Numbered from the stretch's first letter, positions 1 to 10,164 are shown. The stretch is DNA of 64,000 bases from Candidatus Eiseniibacteriota bacterium (GCA_016930695.1 JAFGGD010000041.1:1-64000); one strand, 5' to 3'. Notes: generated by a model from the sequence alone, not told the origin. Numbers and translations: made by a program.

Positions 1-195
1 GGTGGGTCGGCGAGCGAGAAGAGGGAGGATGCGGAAGCATCCGGACCGTGCCCCGAAGGGAGACCGGTGGGGGAAGGAAAGGCACCCCCACCCTCTCCCG
101 CAAGCGGGAGAGGGAGAAAACGATTTCGATTTGGATTTCGATCGCGCTTCGAGTACGGGGGCGCGTACGGAATGAAACGACGGCGAGTCGCCCGT

Positions 196-538
196 TCCGT
201 CGCGAGGACAATGTAAGTCAGGGTTATTCGTCCGCGCGGATCCGGAGGATTTTCGTGACGAGGCGGTGGGGGAAGAGGCGAAAGGCCGCCCATCCCCGAA
301 CGGTCCGCGACGGCGGGATCGTTCCGTCGCGAGGACAATGTAAATCAGGGTTACTCGTCCGCGCGGATCCGGAGGATTTTCGTGACGAGGCGGTGGGGGA
401 AGAGGCGAAAGGCCGCCTTGGACGAGGAGCCCCCGGAGTCGTAGCCCTTGCGCTACGATGAGGAGGCGACGAAGGAAAGGCGGCCTTGCAGCCCTTCCTC
501 CGTCGCCACAGTAGAAAATCCTCCGGATCCGCGCGGAC
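196..538. repeat. MITE-like element (family copy 1) with an internal ~125-bp tandem duplication; 25-bp terminal inverted repeats gtccgcgcggatccggaggattttc (230-254, repeated 357-381) and its reverse complement (514-538); preceded by a GAAATC-type minisatellite at 121-146
   Basis: Direct reading: two near-identical ~97-bp blocks (196-292 and 321-417) share ttcgtgacgagg...gaggcgaaaggccgcc. The inverted partial copy at 514-538 abuts the stop codon of the POT gene. The listed ORF 48..461 lies wholly in this repeat. Confidence 0.6.
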
Positions 539-2044
539 CTAGGCGTCCATATCCGACCACCGTTTCGCCATCTGACTGAAGATCACCAGCGCGGCGATCG
601 CCGCCACGCCGATGCAGGCGAAGGGGATCCATACATGAACATGCGGCCGGTAGGTGTCCCAGAGAAGTTGGGTCCCCTGCACCGCGTCCACCCCGGTCAG
701 CTCCTGGAAACGGGCCATCGCGTCCGTCCGTGCGATGCCGACCGCCTCCTCCAGCGTGGCGATTTCGCCGTTCCATTTCCCGGCGCCCGGCACCAGTCCT
801 TTCTCCGCGATGTATTTCAGAGCGAGCGTCGCCTTCTCGCCGTAGTTGCCGTACAGGTACCCCGCCATCTTGGAGCCTACGAACCCGCCGATCCCGACGG
901 GAATGTTCACATAACCCAGGTAGAGCGCCTTCTTCCCCGGAGGGGCGATCAGCCCCAGATACTCGTTCTTCTTCGGCCCGGTCATCATCTCGCCGGTGGA
1001 GAAAAAGACGATCCCGAGAAGAAGGATCCAGCCGTAACCGGTCAACCCGGCGACCAGGATGCCGATTGTCGCCACGGTCATTCCGATCACCATGCACTGG
1101 AGCACCCGCATCCGGCGCACCAACCAGGAGATGGGAACCATGAAGGCGATGATGAAGAGCGCGTTCAGGTTGAGCAGGATCTGCTGCGGCACCATCACGC
1201 CCCGCGCCGTTTCGATCCTCCATTGGTCGAAGGGGAGGATCCTCGCGATCGCCGCGCTGTCCACCCAGTCCTCGATGAAGTTGGGATGCAGGTCCCAAAG
1301 CTGGTACATCATCAGCCAGAAGCAGGACATGATGAGGAGCCAGGTGACGAGTCGCGGCTCCACGATGTTTTTCAGCGTTCGCGCCATTACCTGCGCCGCG
1401 TTCTCCGTCTTGTCCGCGCCGGAGGAGACGTCCTTGAAGGTGAAGAGCATGATGTAGTTCAGGGCGGTGATGATCGCCGATGCCGTGAAGAGATGGTTCC
1501 AGGACTTCGCGGTGTGCGGGTCGCCGAGTACCGCCGTCGCCATGAAGGGACCGATGGCGGCGCCGATGTTCACCACCCAGTAGAAGATCCCCCAACCGAC
1601 GGAAGAGTTCTTCTTCGTCAGATTCTGGGCGAGCGATCCCTGAAGGCTCGGTTTGAAGAACGCCGTCCCCGTCGCGAGCACGATCACTCCGGCGAAGAAC
1701 CCGGTGTAGGTGCGCAGGTTCGCCATCATCAGATAGCCGACGATGTTCAGCGTCACCGAGAAAAAGAGCGTCTTCTTGTAGCCGTAGCGGTCGGCGTAGC
1801 CGCCGGTGAAGGTCGGTAGAATGGATTGAAAGATAAACCACCAGGCGTAAATGGTCCCCTTCATCGCGGCGGTGAAGTGAAGGCCGCCGGGATCATCCGC
1901 CTGCATGATGTACACCGGCACCACCGCCCGAACACCGAAGTAGGCGAGACGCTCGAACATCTCGATCGTGTTCAGCATCCAATAGGTCCGGCCGAAGGTT
2001 TTTTTGTCTTCCTGCTCCCGGGGGTTCGTCGTCGCGTCGCTCAC
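539..2044 (-). CDS. Proton-dependent oligopeptide transporter (POT/PTR2 family di/tripeptide permease)
   Basis: 501-aa ORF with ~12-14 hydrophobic segments and the PTR2 signatures ERLAYFG and FTGGYADRYGYKKT. Confidence 0.9.
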   Translation of the reverse strand: MSDATTNPREQEDKKTFGRTYWMLNTIEMFERLAYFGVRAVVPVYIMQADDPGGLHFTAAMKGTIYAWWFIFQSILPTFTGGYADRYGYKKTLFFSVTLNIVGYLMMANLRTYTGFFAGVIVLATGTAFFKPSLQGSLAQNLTKKNSSVGWGIFYWVVNIGAAIGPFMATAVLGDPHTAKSWNHLFTASAIITALNYIMLFTFKDVSSGADKTENAAQVMARTLKNIVEPRLVTWLLIMSCFWLMMYQLWDLHPNFIEDWVDSAAIARILPFDQWRIETARGVMVPQQILLNLNALFIIAFMVPISWLVRRMRVLQCMVIGMTVATIGILVAGLTGYGWILLLGIVFFSTGEMMTGPKKNEYLGLIAPPGKKALYLGYVNIPVGIGGFVGSKMAGYLYGNYGEKATLALKYIAEKGLVPGAGKWNGEIATLEEAVGIARTDAMARFQELTGVDAVQGTQLLWDTYRPHVHVWIPFACIGVAAIAALVIFSQMAKRWSDMDA

Positions 2045-2950
2045 GGGCGCCCCTTTCCGTCGATCCCGGGCCGGGCCGGGGGTGTGCGTTCGGACCGGTT
2101 CGACGCGAGGCGTGGGTGAATCGAACCGGATGGGATGATCCCCGTCATTGTACCTGATGGGACGCGGAAAAGTCCCGCGCCCGCGAAAGGGACCCCATCC
2201 CAGGCCCCCCGCCGGCGCGCCCGGCGGAAAGACGCTCCGGGACGCCCGAATCGATCGTTCGCGCGGATCGCTCTTTTTCCTTAAGTCGCCGGGCCCTTCG
2301 CCGATACTCGGAACGACTTCGGGAAGCAGATCATCTGATTAACGCACGGCACCCAGCCCGACATCCCCCCCATACGCCACGAACGAAAAACCGGAAGAAT
2401 CCGGAAACGGAGCGGTCCGACCCCGAGAGAGTCCGGGGAGGGAACGAACCCGATGAAGACGGAGCGGAACGAGATAAAAGCAGGCGCCGCCCGAACCCCG
2501 GAGACGGGGGGGGCGCGCGGGGAACGCCCGGGCCGGGGGGAAGCAACGAGGGTAGCGGTGTCGGATGCCCGGGCGCCCGAACGCGCGCCCGCGGAGACGA
2601 TGCTGGAGCGCTCGAGGCGCGCCGGCGGCGGTGAGATCCGAGAGACGTTGAAGCTGATCCTGGGGTGCGCCGACCGAATCTCTCGCGCCGATTCCCTCGA
2701 TCAGGCGCGCGACTACGGACGGGCGATTCACGGGGAAACGGTCCGCGCCCTTCGGCGCGGAGACCGAACGAGGGCGGGAGAAAAGAAGAAAGAGATGGGG
2801 GCTCGGGAGGAAACCGGCCGAACGGTTCATGGGGGGACGTTCTCCGGACCGCCCTCCCCCCCCGTCTTTCTTTTCCAGGAAACCGCCCAAGCGGTCCCGG
2901 AGGAGATGGGCCGCGCTCCTCGGACGGATGAAGCGCCGGAGGGAACGCGC

Positions 2951-3244
2951 ATGGGCGATCTGGCCGATCGGATCAACCGGATCCGCGAAGCGCTCGCCGC
3001 GCGGGATGATGCGCTCGCGCGGACAGAGACGCTCGCCCTCCGCGAGGGGGCGCTCGGTCTGGCGGCGGGATCCCTCGCCGCCGAAGCGCTCCGCCTCGAG
3101 AGAGCGCTTCGAGAGAATGGAACGGCGGACGCGGAGGCGGCATTCGCCGGGATCGAGGTACGCTTCCATGAGCTGGACCGCGCCGCGCCGGCATGGACGC
3201 CCGCGCCTTCGGGCGGGGACGTGAAGATTCCATCCGGCCGGTGA
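2951..3244 (+). CDS. Hypothetical small Ala/Arg/Glu-rich helical protein
   Basis: ATG preceded by GGAGGG at a 7-nt spacer. The 3' two-thirds of the longer ORF 2453..3244 is where G/C dominates codon third positions. The competing minus ORF 2339..3307 has wrong-frame Arg/Pro/Gly composition. Confidence 0.25.
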   Translation: MGDLADRINRIREALAARDDALARTETLALREGALGLAAGSLAAEALRLERALRENGTADAEAAFAGIEVRFHELDRAAPAWTPAPSGGDVKIPSGR

Positions 3245-3343
3245 TCCCGGCGTCGTTCCGAAAGGAACGCCTCGCGCCGCCGATGTGAAAGGGCCGCGAC
3301 GGAACACGCCGCGGCCCCTCGCTTTTTCGTCTCCCCGAAGCGC

Positions 3344-5548
3344 TCAGATCCTCTCCAGATTCCCTCCCAGAAGACCGGTCATCCCTTCGTGGTCGAACGG
3401 TCCCATCCGCGCCAACTCCTCCAGATAGGCCGTGATCTCGTCCTCACCCCCGGTGGCGACCCACGGGACGAGATCGAGGAGCACCCTGTCGCGGCCGAGG
3501 CGGTGAATCAGACGAGCGTCACGCTCCGGATCGGACGGTCCCTCCATGCGGAGAACGAAAAGAACCCGTCCGCGGGGATAGAGGGCCGGTTCGCCGAGAC
3601 GCTCCCCGTCGTTCGGATCGACGCGGACGATCGCCCGCGCTCCCGCCGGAAGAAGACCGGGCCACTCCGGGTCCGCGTCGACGAGGAGGCAGGCGCCGGT
3701 TCCGGCGAGTGTTTCGAGCCTTTCCGCGGCGCCGCTGGCGGAGGCGGTGTCCGGCGGCGCCCCATCCCATCGAACGAGACCGAAGCCGAGCGGCCCGAGG
3801 AGCGCGGCGCGCTCGGGAGAGAGAGGGGCGTTCTCTTCGGAGCGGAGGCCGAGCATCAAGGCGCGGGCGCCGTGACGCGAGGCGGACCGCGCCGCGGCGG
3901 GGCCGGCGGCGAGGTCGATGGAATCGGCCTCCCCGGCGCGCAATGTGACCGCCCCGACGCTGTCGAGGAAAACGGGGGACGAGGCTTGTTCCCCATCGAA
4001 CCAACGGACCAGTCCCCTCACGTAACCGGGCGGGGCTCCCTCGACCCGCCCATCCCAATCGACCTGCGTCGACGCGTAGAGGAACGAGCGCCCCGCGCGA
4101 TGTTCGGCCCGAAGCGGCTCCGGCCAATCGGCGACGAAACGAATCCATCGCTCCGCCGTCCGCCCCGCGCCGCCCACGGCGATCGTGTCGATCCAATCGG
4201 CGTCGTCCTGCGGCGTGTGGTAGAAGCGGTGCCCTCCCTCGGTCCAGACGTTCCCCACGGGGATGCCGGCGCGCCGGAAATGCCCGTGGTCGCTCGACAT
4301 ACCGCCCCAGGCGAGCCCGATGGAGAGGGACTCGGCGGCCTCCGGATCGAGGCCCCTCCGGAAGGCGGCGAGGACCTCGGGGTAATACTCGCCCCCGCCG
4401 ATTCCGGACCGTCCGTTCCCCTGCCCCACCATGTCGAAGTTGATCATCAACACCGCGTCGTCCAAATCGACGGGCGGATCGTCGACGAAGGCGTGCGACC
4501 CGATCAGTCCCTGCTCCTCGCCGGCGAAGGTGACGAAGAGCAGGGTGCGCGCCGGGCGCTCTCCCGCCGCCGCGAAGGAACGGGCCAGCTCCATTACCGT
4601 CGCCGAGCCGGAAGCGTTGTCGTCGGCGCCGTTGTAGATCACCCCCTCGGCGTTGGCCCCCACGTGGTCCATGTGGCCGCCGATGATGACGATCTCTCTC
4701 GAGAGAATCGGATCGGCGCCGGGAACGAGCCCCGCCACGTTGCGCGCCTCTCCGCCGGGCAGGCGGCGGACCCTCGCCGAGAAACGGATCTTCTTCCCCG
4801 TCGCGAGGGGGACCGGCCCCTTTTTCAGTTCGTTCTCGTAACGCTGGTGATCGTACCCGGTGTTCTGCAGAAGCAGATCGACGACGCGATCCCCGACGTA
4901 GGCGAGGGGGAGCGCCGGATCGTACACGCCGATCGGTATGGTGGCGCCGAAGATCGGCAGCGCGCGCTGATACCAGAGGACGGCGGCGGCGCCCCGGCGG
5001 CGCGCCTCGGTGAGTGTGGAGTCCCGCCCCGAAGCGCGCTCCCAGTCGTAGCCGTTCTCCGGATGGCCCCGGTGGATCAGCACCATTTTGCCGCGCACGT
5101 CCGTGTCGGCGTAATCGTCCCACTCCCGCGCCGGATCGGAGAGGCCGTGGCCGACGAAGACCACCTCGGCGGTGACTTCGCCGCTCCCCGAGTTCTGGAT
5201 CACCGTGAAGTCGTGTCCCGGCAACAGGACGGACGGAACGCCGAAGGATCGGTCCAGGATCTCCATCGAAGCGGCTTCCTCCACGGTGACGAGCATGGGA
5301 TGGCGATGGAAGAAGGTCCCGTCGCCGCCGGCCGGCACGAGTCCCCACTCCTCGAAACGCGCGGCGACGAACTCCTCGATCCTTCGGCCGTCGGGCGTCC
5401 CGCTCTTTCGCCCGCGGAACTCGTCGGAGGAGATCCGGCCGATGATCGCCATCGCCCTCTCCTCGTCGAAGGAGGACGCGGCGATCGGAAAGAGGAGCGC
5501 CGCGAGAAGAAGAAAAGCGGCGCGGCGCGGTCTGTGGATTCGGTTCAC
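3344..5548 (-). CDS. Secreted M28 family aminopeptidase with PA domain
   Basis: M28 zinc-ligand block NGADDNASGSATVMELARSF plus HMDHVG and GEEQGLIGS. GTG start preceded by AAGGAG; signal peptide VNRIHRPRRAAFLLLAALLFPIAASS. The 937-aa ORF-track entry is over-extended upstream. Confidence 0.9.
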   Translation of the reverse strand: MNRIHRPRRAAFLLLAALLFPIAASSFDEERAMAIIGRISSDEFRGRKSGTPDGRRIEEFVAARFEEWGLVPAGGDGTFFHRHPMLVTVEEAASMEILDRSFGVPSVLLPGHDFTVIQNSGSGEVTAEVVFVGHGLSDPAREWDDYADTDVRGKMVLIHRGHPENGYDWERASGRDSTLTEARRRGAAAVLWYQRALPIFGATIPIGVYDPALPLAYVGDRVVDLLLQNTGYDHQRYENELKKGPVPLATGKKIRFSARVRRLPGGEARNVAGLVPGADPILSREIVIIGGHMDHVGANAEGVIYNGADDNASGSATVMELARSFAAAGERPARTLLFVTFAGEEQGLIGSHAFVDDPPVDLDDAVLMINFDMVGQGNGRSGIGGGEYYPEVLAAFRRGLDPEAAESLSIGLAWGGMSSDHGHFRRAGIPVGNVWTEGGHRFYHTPQDDADWIDTIAVGGAGRTAERWIRFVADWPEPLRAEHRAGRSFLYASTQVDWDGRVEGAPPGYVRGLVRWFDGEQASSPVFLDSVGAVTLRAGEADSIDLAAGPAAARSASRHGARALMLGLRSEENAPLSPERAALLGPLGFGLVRWDGAPPDTASASGAAERLETLAGTGACLLVDADPEWPGLLPAGARAIVRVDPNDGERLGEPALYPRGRVLFVLRMEGPSDPERDARLIHRLGRDRVLLDLVPWVATGGEDEITAYLEELARMGPFDHEGMTGLLGGNLERI

Positions 5549-5628
5549 GTCGTTCTCCTTGCACGGACGGCCGGCGCCGGGGAGACCGGTCCGCGGAACG
5601 CATCGGGGAGAGGGAGCGGCGGCGGGGT

Positions 5629-6192
5629 TCACGCCTCGACGATCCGGTCTCCCTCCACTTTGTAGAGCTTGCCGCAGCAGGAACAGGGTGTTCCCGGATC
5701 CATACGGACGCCGCACTCGCACACCCACCCCCGCACGCGGGCCGGGTTGCCGAAGGCGAGGCCGTGATCCGGCACGTCTCGGGTGACCACCGCGCCGGCG
5801 CCGATCATGGCGTTCCGCCCGATGGTGACGCCGCAGACGATGGTGGCGTTCGCCCCCACCGTGGCTCCCTCCCGGAGGAGCGTCGGCAGGAACCCCTCGG
5901 TTCCCTTCTTCACGCGGCAGCGGGGGAGCATGTCGTTGGTGAGCACCGCGTTCGGCCCGAGGAACACGTAGTCCTCGAGGGTGACTTTCTCCCACACCGA
6001 CACGCCGTTCTTGATGGTGCAGTGGTTCCCGATCACCGCGCCTCCCTCGACGAAGCTGCACTCGCCGATGTTGCAATGCTCGCCGACCACCGCCCCCTTC
6101 ATCACGTGCGCGAACGCCCAGACACGCGTCCCCTTGCCGACCCGGTCGCTCTCGCAAATTCCCTTTTCGTGGACGAAAACGTCTTCGCTCAT
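5629..6192 (-). CDS. Hexapeptide-repeat (left-handed beta-helix) acyl/acetyltransferase, WbbJ/NeuD-like
   Basis: Repeated [LIV]G-x4 hexapeptide motifs (GEHCNIGECSFVEGGAVIGNHCTIKNGVSV...). Start MSEDVFVHEKG has a GGAGAACAAGGA RBS. C-terminal Cys-rich CxCG..CSCCG zinc-ribbon tail. Confidence 0.85.
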   Translation of the reverse strand: MSEDVFVHEKGICESDRVGKGTRVWAFAHVMKGAVVGEHCNIGECSFVEGGAVIGNHCTIKNGVSVWEKVTLEDYVFLGPNAVLTNDMLPRCRVKKGTEGFLPTLLREGATVGANATIVCGVTIGRNAMIGAGAVVTRDVPDHGLAFGNPARVRGWVCECGVRMDPGTPCSCCGKLYKVEGDRIVEA

Positions 6193-6272
6193 TCCTTGTT
6201 CTCCCGGTTGATTATCGATGAACGCGACCAGTGTAGCGCGAACGGGGAGTTTGCGGAAGCCGATGCGTCTGA

Positions 6273-8174
6273 TTAGTCGACGTAGCCGAGTGCGCGAAGC
6301 TCTTCGAAGGTCTCCTCGTCGATGCCGGACCGGACGCTCTCCTCCCCGCGCGGGTGTTTCTCCATATACGCTTCCAGCTCGGTGAAGAGCGCCGCCGCCC
6401 GGTCCGTTTCCAAGCCGATGAGGTTGCGCGTCTCGCCGGGGTCGGCGTCGAGGTCGTAGAGAAGATGCGGCTCGTCGGGCGAGAAGACGTACTTGTAACC
6501 GTCCCGGATCACCGCCCTCCTGTCCGAGCCGAAAATGATCGCCTCCGCAAGCGCGGGCCGGTCCTCCCGCTCCCGTCCCTCCCACACCGGGAGGAGGCTT
6601 CGTCCCTCCACGCCCCGCGGCGCGCCCAGGCCGGCGATTTCGAAAAGAGTGGGCGCGAGATCGATGGCGCGCACCTGGTTGGGGATCACGCGGTTCACCG
6701 GGACGCCGGGACCGCGGATCAGGAGGAAGAGGCGGAGCTGTTCATCGAAGAGGGTGTGGCCGTGGCCGACGCCGTAGAAGCCGCGCGGGTCGTCGTACAC
6801 CTCTTTCTCGGCGCCGGCGTGCTCCCAGAACTCCTCGCCGTGGTCGCTGAGAACCACCACCACGGTTCGATCGGCGAGATCGCGCCTCTCCAGCCAATCC
6901 AGCACGCGGCCGATCTCGGCGTCGATGTAACGGATGCTTCCGTCGTAAAGGGCGGTCTTGTGTTCCCGGAAGGCGCGGAATGCCTCTCCCTCCAATTCCT
7001 CGCCGCCGGTGAAGAGCCAGCGCCACCTCTCGTCGCCGGTATGCTCCCTTTCGTCGCCGGTCGGGAAAAGCCGGTCGTATGGCTCGGGGGTGCGGCCCGG
7101 ACCATGGGCGTCGTTGAAATGGAGGAAGGCGAAGAAGGGGCGGCCGGCGTTGGCACCCAGCCAGTCGAGCATGGCGTCGGTCACCTCCCCGGCGCCGCGC
7201 AGTTCCACGCGGGCGTGATCGTAGCCCTGCTCCAGTCCGAAGCGAAGATAGGTGTTGGTCGCCTCGCAGGCGGTGGCGTAACCGCCGTTCTTGAAAACCT
7301 CCGCCGCCGTGGACGCGCGCTTCCCGAGGTAGGGGACGTGGTCCCGTGTGAGCAGTCTCCGTTCGGTGCCGATGTAAGCCCCGTGCGTGGAGGGGTAAAG
7401 ACCCGTGAGGATCGACGCGAAACTGCTGAGCGTCCAGGGCGCCTGGGAGAGCGTACGCGCGAAGAGGACGCCCTCTTTGCCGAGGCGGGCGAGATGGGGC
7501 GCCGTCTCTCGGGGATAGCCGCAGGAAGTAAGGTGATCCTGCCGCACCGTGTCCAGCGCGATGACGAGCACGTTCGGTCCCTCCGGGGAGGGGCGGAGGA
7601 AGCGCGCGCCGGCGAGGACGAGAAGGGGAATCGCGAGGGCGGCGGGGGCGACGCGGCGGACCCAGGGGGCGGGGCGGGGCGGCGAGGCGGCGAGAGCGAC
7701 GGCGCGGCGGGCGATCAGAAGGCCGTGAAAGAGAACGAGCGCCGCGAGCCCGGCGTTCGCGGCGAGCACGCGGAGCGTTTCCGTCGCGCCGGGGAGGGCG
7801 CCCGCGTTCCGGACACCTTTCCAAAACCCGACAAGAGTGAAACGGTTGAGACGGTAGCCGAAGACGAGTAGCGCGGCGAGAGTTGCCGCGGCGACGATCG
7901 CGATCAATACCGGGCGGCGGCGGCGCTCCGGGAGGAGGCGGGCGGCGAGGACGACGAGGGCGAGCGCGACGCCCGCGGCGCCGATCATCGGCAGAAGCCT
8001 CGCGTAAATCCGCGCGCCCGTCCAGATCGCCAGGTAGGAATGCCCGGCGGCGACGAAGCCTTGCCGGACCGTCTCGACCGCCCACACCCCCGCGCCCGCC
8101 GCCGCCCAACCGATCCCGGCGAGGAGGAGCGAGGAGAGGACCACCGTCCGGATCTGCGTTCGTGCTTCGATCAT
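6273..8174 (-). CDS. Membrane-anchored sulfatase-family (alkaline-phosphatase superfamily; LtaS/EptA-like) protein
   Basis: N-terminal ~200 aa with multiple TM helices, then a sulfatase-type core: LDTVRQDHLTSCGYPRETAPHL, SDHGEEF, GHGHT. Confidence 0.85.
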   Translation of the reverse strand: MIEARTQIRTVVLSSLLLAGIGWAAAGAGVWAVETVRQGFVAAGHSYLAIWTGARIYARLLPMIGAAGVALALVVLAARLLPERRRRPVLIAIVAAATLAALLVFGYRLNRFTLVGFWKGVRNAGALPGATETLRVLAANAGLAALVLFHGLLIARRAVALAASPPRPAPWVRRVAPAALAIPLLVLAGARFLRPSPEGPNVLVIALDTVRQDHLTSCGYPRETAPHLARLGKEGVLFARTLSQAPWTLSSFASILTGLYPSTHGAYIGTERRLLTRDHVPYLGKRASTAAEVFKNGGYATACEATNTYLRFGLEQGYDHARVELRGAGEVTDAMLDWLGANAGRPFFAFLHFNDAHGPGRTPEPYDRLFPTGDEREHTGDERWRWLFTGGEELEGEAFRAFREHKTALYDGSIRYIDAEIGRVLDWLERRDLADRTVVVVLSDHGEEFWEHAGAEKEVYDDPRGFYGVGHGHTLFDEQLRLFLLIRGPGVPVNRVIPNQVRAIDLAPTLFEIAGLGAPRGVEGRSLLPVWEGREREDRPALAEAIIFGSDRRAVIRDGYKYVFSPDEPHLLYDLDADPGETRNLIGLETDRAAALFTELEAYMEKHPRGEESVRSGIDEETFEELRALGYVD

Positions 8175-8280
8175 GATCCGAGTCTAGCAGCCGCCCCGCG
8201 AATGGAAAAGCGGGCGATGATGCGGGCCGGGATAACGCCGTCTCGAAAAGCCGCGGGCTTTTGCGCGGCGCGGAAGACGA

Positions 8281-10041
8281 TCAGCGAAGAAGCACGATGC
8301 GCCGCACCTCGGTCGGGTGACGGGCCGAACAGTAGCGGCAGAAATAGAGACCGGAGCAGGCCTGGTGACCGCATTGATCGCAACCGCACCACTCCAGATC
8401 TCGAACGCCCGCGGGAAGCGATCCATCGAAAAGCTCGATCACCGTCTCTCCACGGACATTCAGAATCGCGATCTGCGCCGGTCCGGGCTCGTCGGTGCGC
8501 ACACGGATCATGGTACGAGGATTGGCCGGATTGGGCAGAATCCGCAGATGGGGCGGAGCGGACAGGCCGGTGGAACTCCCCGAGGCGACGGAGACTATCG
8601 AGTCGTCCGTGGCGTAGAAAGTGACCTCGTTCGACCAGCCGCTTTCCGCGCCTCCCGACTCATAGGCCACGACCACCGCGGCGATGAAGGCGCCCCTCGG
8701 CAGCCCGCCGAGTACCGCGGACATAGAGGGCGAGGGCTTCCCTCCTTCCTCCGCCGGATTCTCCACCGTTACGTGATACCGCCGCACATACTCGGCCACT
8801 TCACCGAAGGGAGCCACCCAGACGCCGCCGTCGGCGACTATCTCGTCGAGAATCCAGTCGACGTGAACCGAGTCCAATTCTTCAAGGGTGTGGCAAAACC
8901 AGTTCGCCCACTCCCCGTCCCTCTTCCAAGAGGCGATTCTGGTTCTGACCTTGGCGCGGGTGGAATCCTCGTCCATATCGTTGTTGGGCCTTCCCCATGC
9001 AAGAGGCGCCTGGTAGACGCTGATGCCTCCCAGACGCGACGGATCGACGGGCGGCCCGCCCGGGTAGAAGCCGATGTTCCCGTCTCGCGCGCCGAGATAG
9101 CCCCCCTCCATGAGGGCGTTCATCTCGCGCTGATCATGCGCGAAATAGGGGTAGGCCAAAGTCCGGCAACGATAAGCGGTGTCGCAGATGACCCCTTCAT
9201 AGAAAGCCTTGGAGTCTTCGATCTGGGACCGCAGAGCGGCGGAGTCGCAGCCCTTCTTCGTGAGCGCCTGATAGGGGGTGCAGGCGATATCCTCTCCGCA
9301 GACCTCCTTTAAGTAACGGGACTCGCAGTAATTCGTCCGGGCGGCGTAGTGGTCGAGGACGCACGTGTACCCGGGGCGCACGGCGATGGAATCGACAAGC
9401 ATGTCTAAATAGGCGACGGAAGGATCGGTGAGATCAAAATCGAGATCGATCGTTCCTCCGGGACGGGTCTGCAACCTCTCCCCGGAGACCGCCAGGGTAC
9501 AGGACGGCTTGCCGCCGAGGTATTGGATCGTGAAAGCGGTGTTCCGGGTGAGGGGCGGATGGCTGACCGTATGGGAAGCGATCTCGTGCCCGCGACCGTG
9601 CAAGGAGTTCAGATCCGCGGCGCTCAGGCACTCCTCCCAGTCGATCCGATCGGCGATGGCGAATACGGTGAAAGCCCGGTCGTACCGATCGAAGAGTTCC
9701 GCGTAGACGAGGTTGTCCTTCCAGCCGTCGTCGGTGCTGAAGGTGAAAGCGGCGGAATAACCGTTCCAGTCCGTTTGAACCGGATGGGAGAAGGGAGTCA
9801 AAGACCAACGGATGCGATATCCCATGATCCGGGTGTCCGGCTCGGTGTCCCAACGGAGACGGACCCAACCGTCTCCCGTTTCGACGACCTCCAGGTTGGC
9901 GGGAGCGGGCGGGCAAGCATGAGCGACAGCGGTGAGAATCAGTACCGCACCAAACGACAAAACGGGGGAGCGCACGGAAACACCCTCTCTCCCGCCGGGG
10001 GGGACGAAGACAGGAAAGCGAACCGTTTTACTCAAGAACAT
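8281..10041 (-). CDS. Secreted polysaccharide deacetylase (NodB domain) with FN3-like domain and T9SS C-terminal sorting domain
   Basis: NodB motifs TFSTDDGWKDN and HEIASHTVSHP. The C-terminus ILPNPANPRTMIRV...IAILNVRGETV...SGLYF...RIVLLR matches the type-A T9SS CTD. Start MFLSKTVRFPVF is a signal peptide with an AT-rich upstream region; the upstream extension of the 656-aa ORF is non-coding-like. Confidence 0.85.
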   Translation of the reverse strand: MFLSKTVRFPVFVPPGGREGVSVRSPVLSFGAVLILTAVAHACPPAPANLEVVETGDGWVRLRWDTEPDTRIMGYRIRWSLTPFSHPVQTDWNGYSAAFTFSTDDGWKDNLVYAELFDRYDRAFTVFAIADRIDWEECLSAADLNSLHGRGHEIASHTVSHPPLTRNTAFTIQYLGGKPSCTLAVSGERLQTRPGGTIDLDFDLTDPSVAYLDMLVDSIAVRPGYTCVLDHYAARTNYCESRYLKEVCGEDIACTPYQALTKKGCDSAALRSQIEDSKAFYEGVICDTAYRCRTLAYPYFAHDQREMNALMEGGYLGARDGNIGFYPGGPPVDPSRLGGISVYQAPLAWGRPNNDMDEDSTRAKVRTRIASWKRDGEWANWFCHTLEELDSVHVDWILDEIVADGGVWVAPFGEVAEYVRRYHVTVENPAEEGGKPSPSMSAVLGGLPRGAFIAAVVVAYESGGAESGWSNEVTFYATDDSIVSVASGSSTGLSAPPHLRILPNPANPRTMIRVRTDEPGPAQIAILNVRGETVIELFDGSLPAGVRDLEWCGCDQCGHQACSGLYFCRYCSARHPTEVRRIVLLR

Positions 10042-10164
10042 CTTAGCATATATTTGTATTTCGTCAATTGTGGAATGGCCTCGATTTAAAAGCTCTTGCC
10101 ACGCCCCTCCATTCCCGGAATACTGGCGGCGGAGGGGCGTTCCGCCCCGAAAAGGGGGTTTACG

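Noticed and set aside
196-420. Possible CRISPR array
   Set aside because: Only two ~125-bp tandem units with no short repeat/spacer periodicity. Better explained as a duplicated MITE-like element.
2339-3307. 322-aa minus-strand ORF
   Set aside because: Wrong-frame-like composition (R/P/G-rich) and no RBS; probably a non-coding upstream region of the POT gene.
3389-5665. 758-aa plus-strand ORF
   Set aside because: Antisense shadow of the M28 peptidase gene, with Arg/Gly/Pro-rich composition typical of wrong-frame high-GC DNA and no motifs.
6354-7871. 505-aa plus-strand ORF and the nested 6742..8109 minus ORF
   Set aside because: Shadow or alternate-frame ORFs over the sulfatase gene; low-complexity R/G/P composition.
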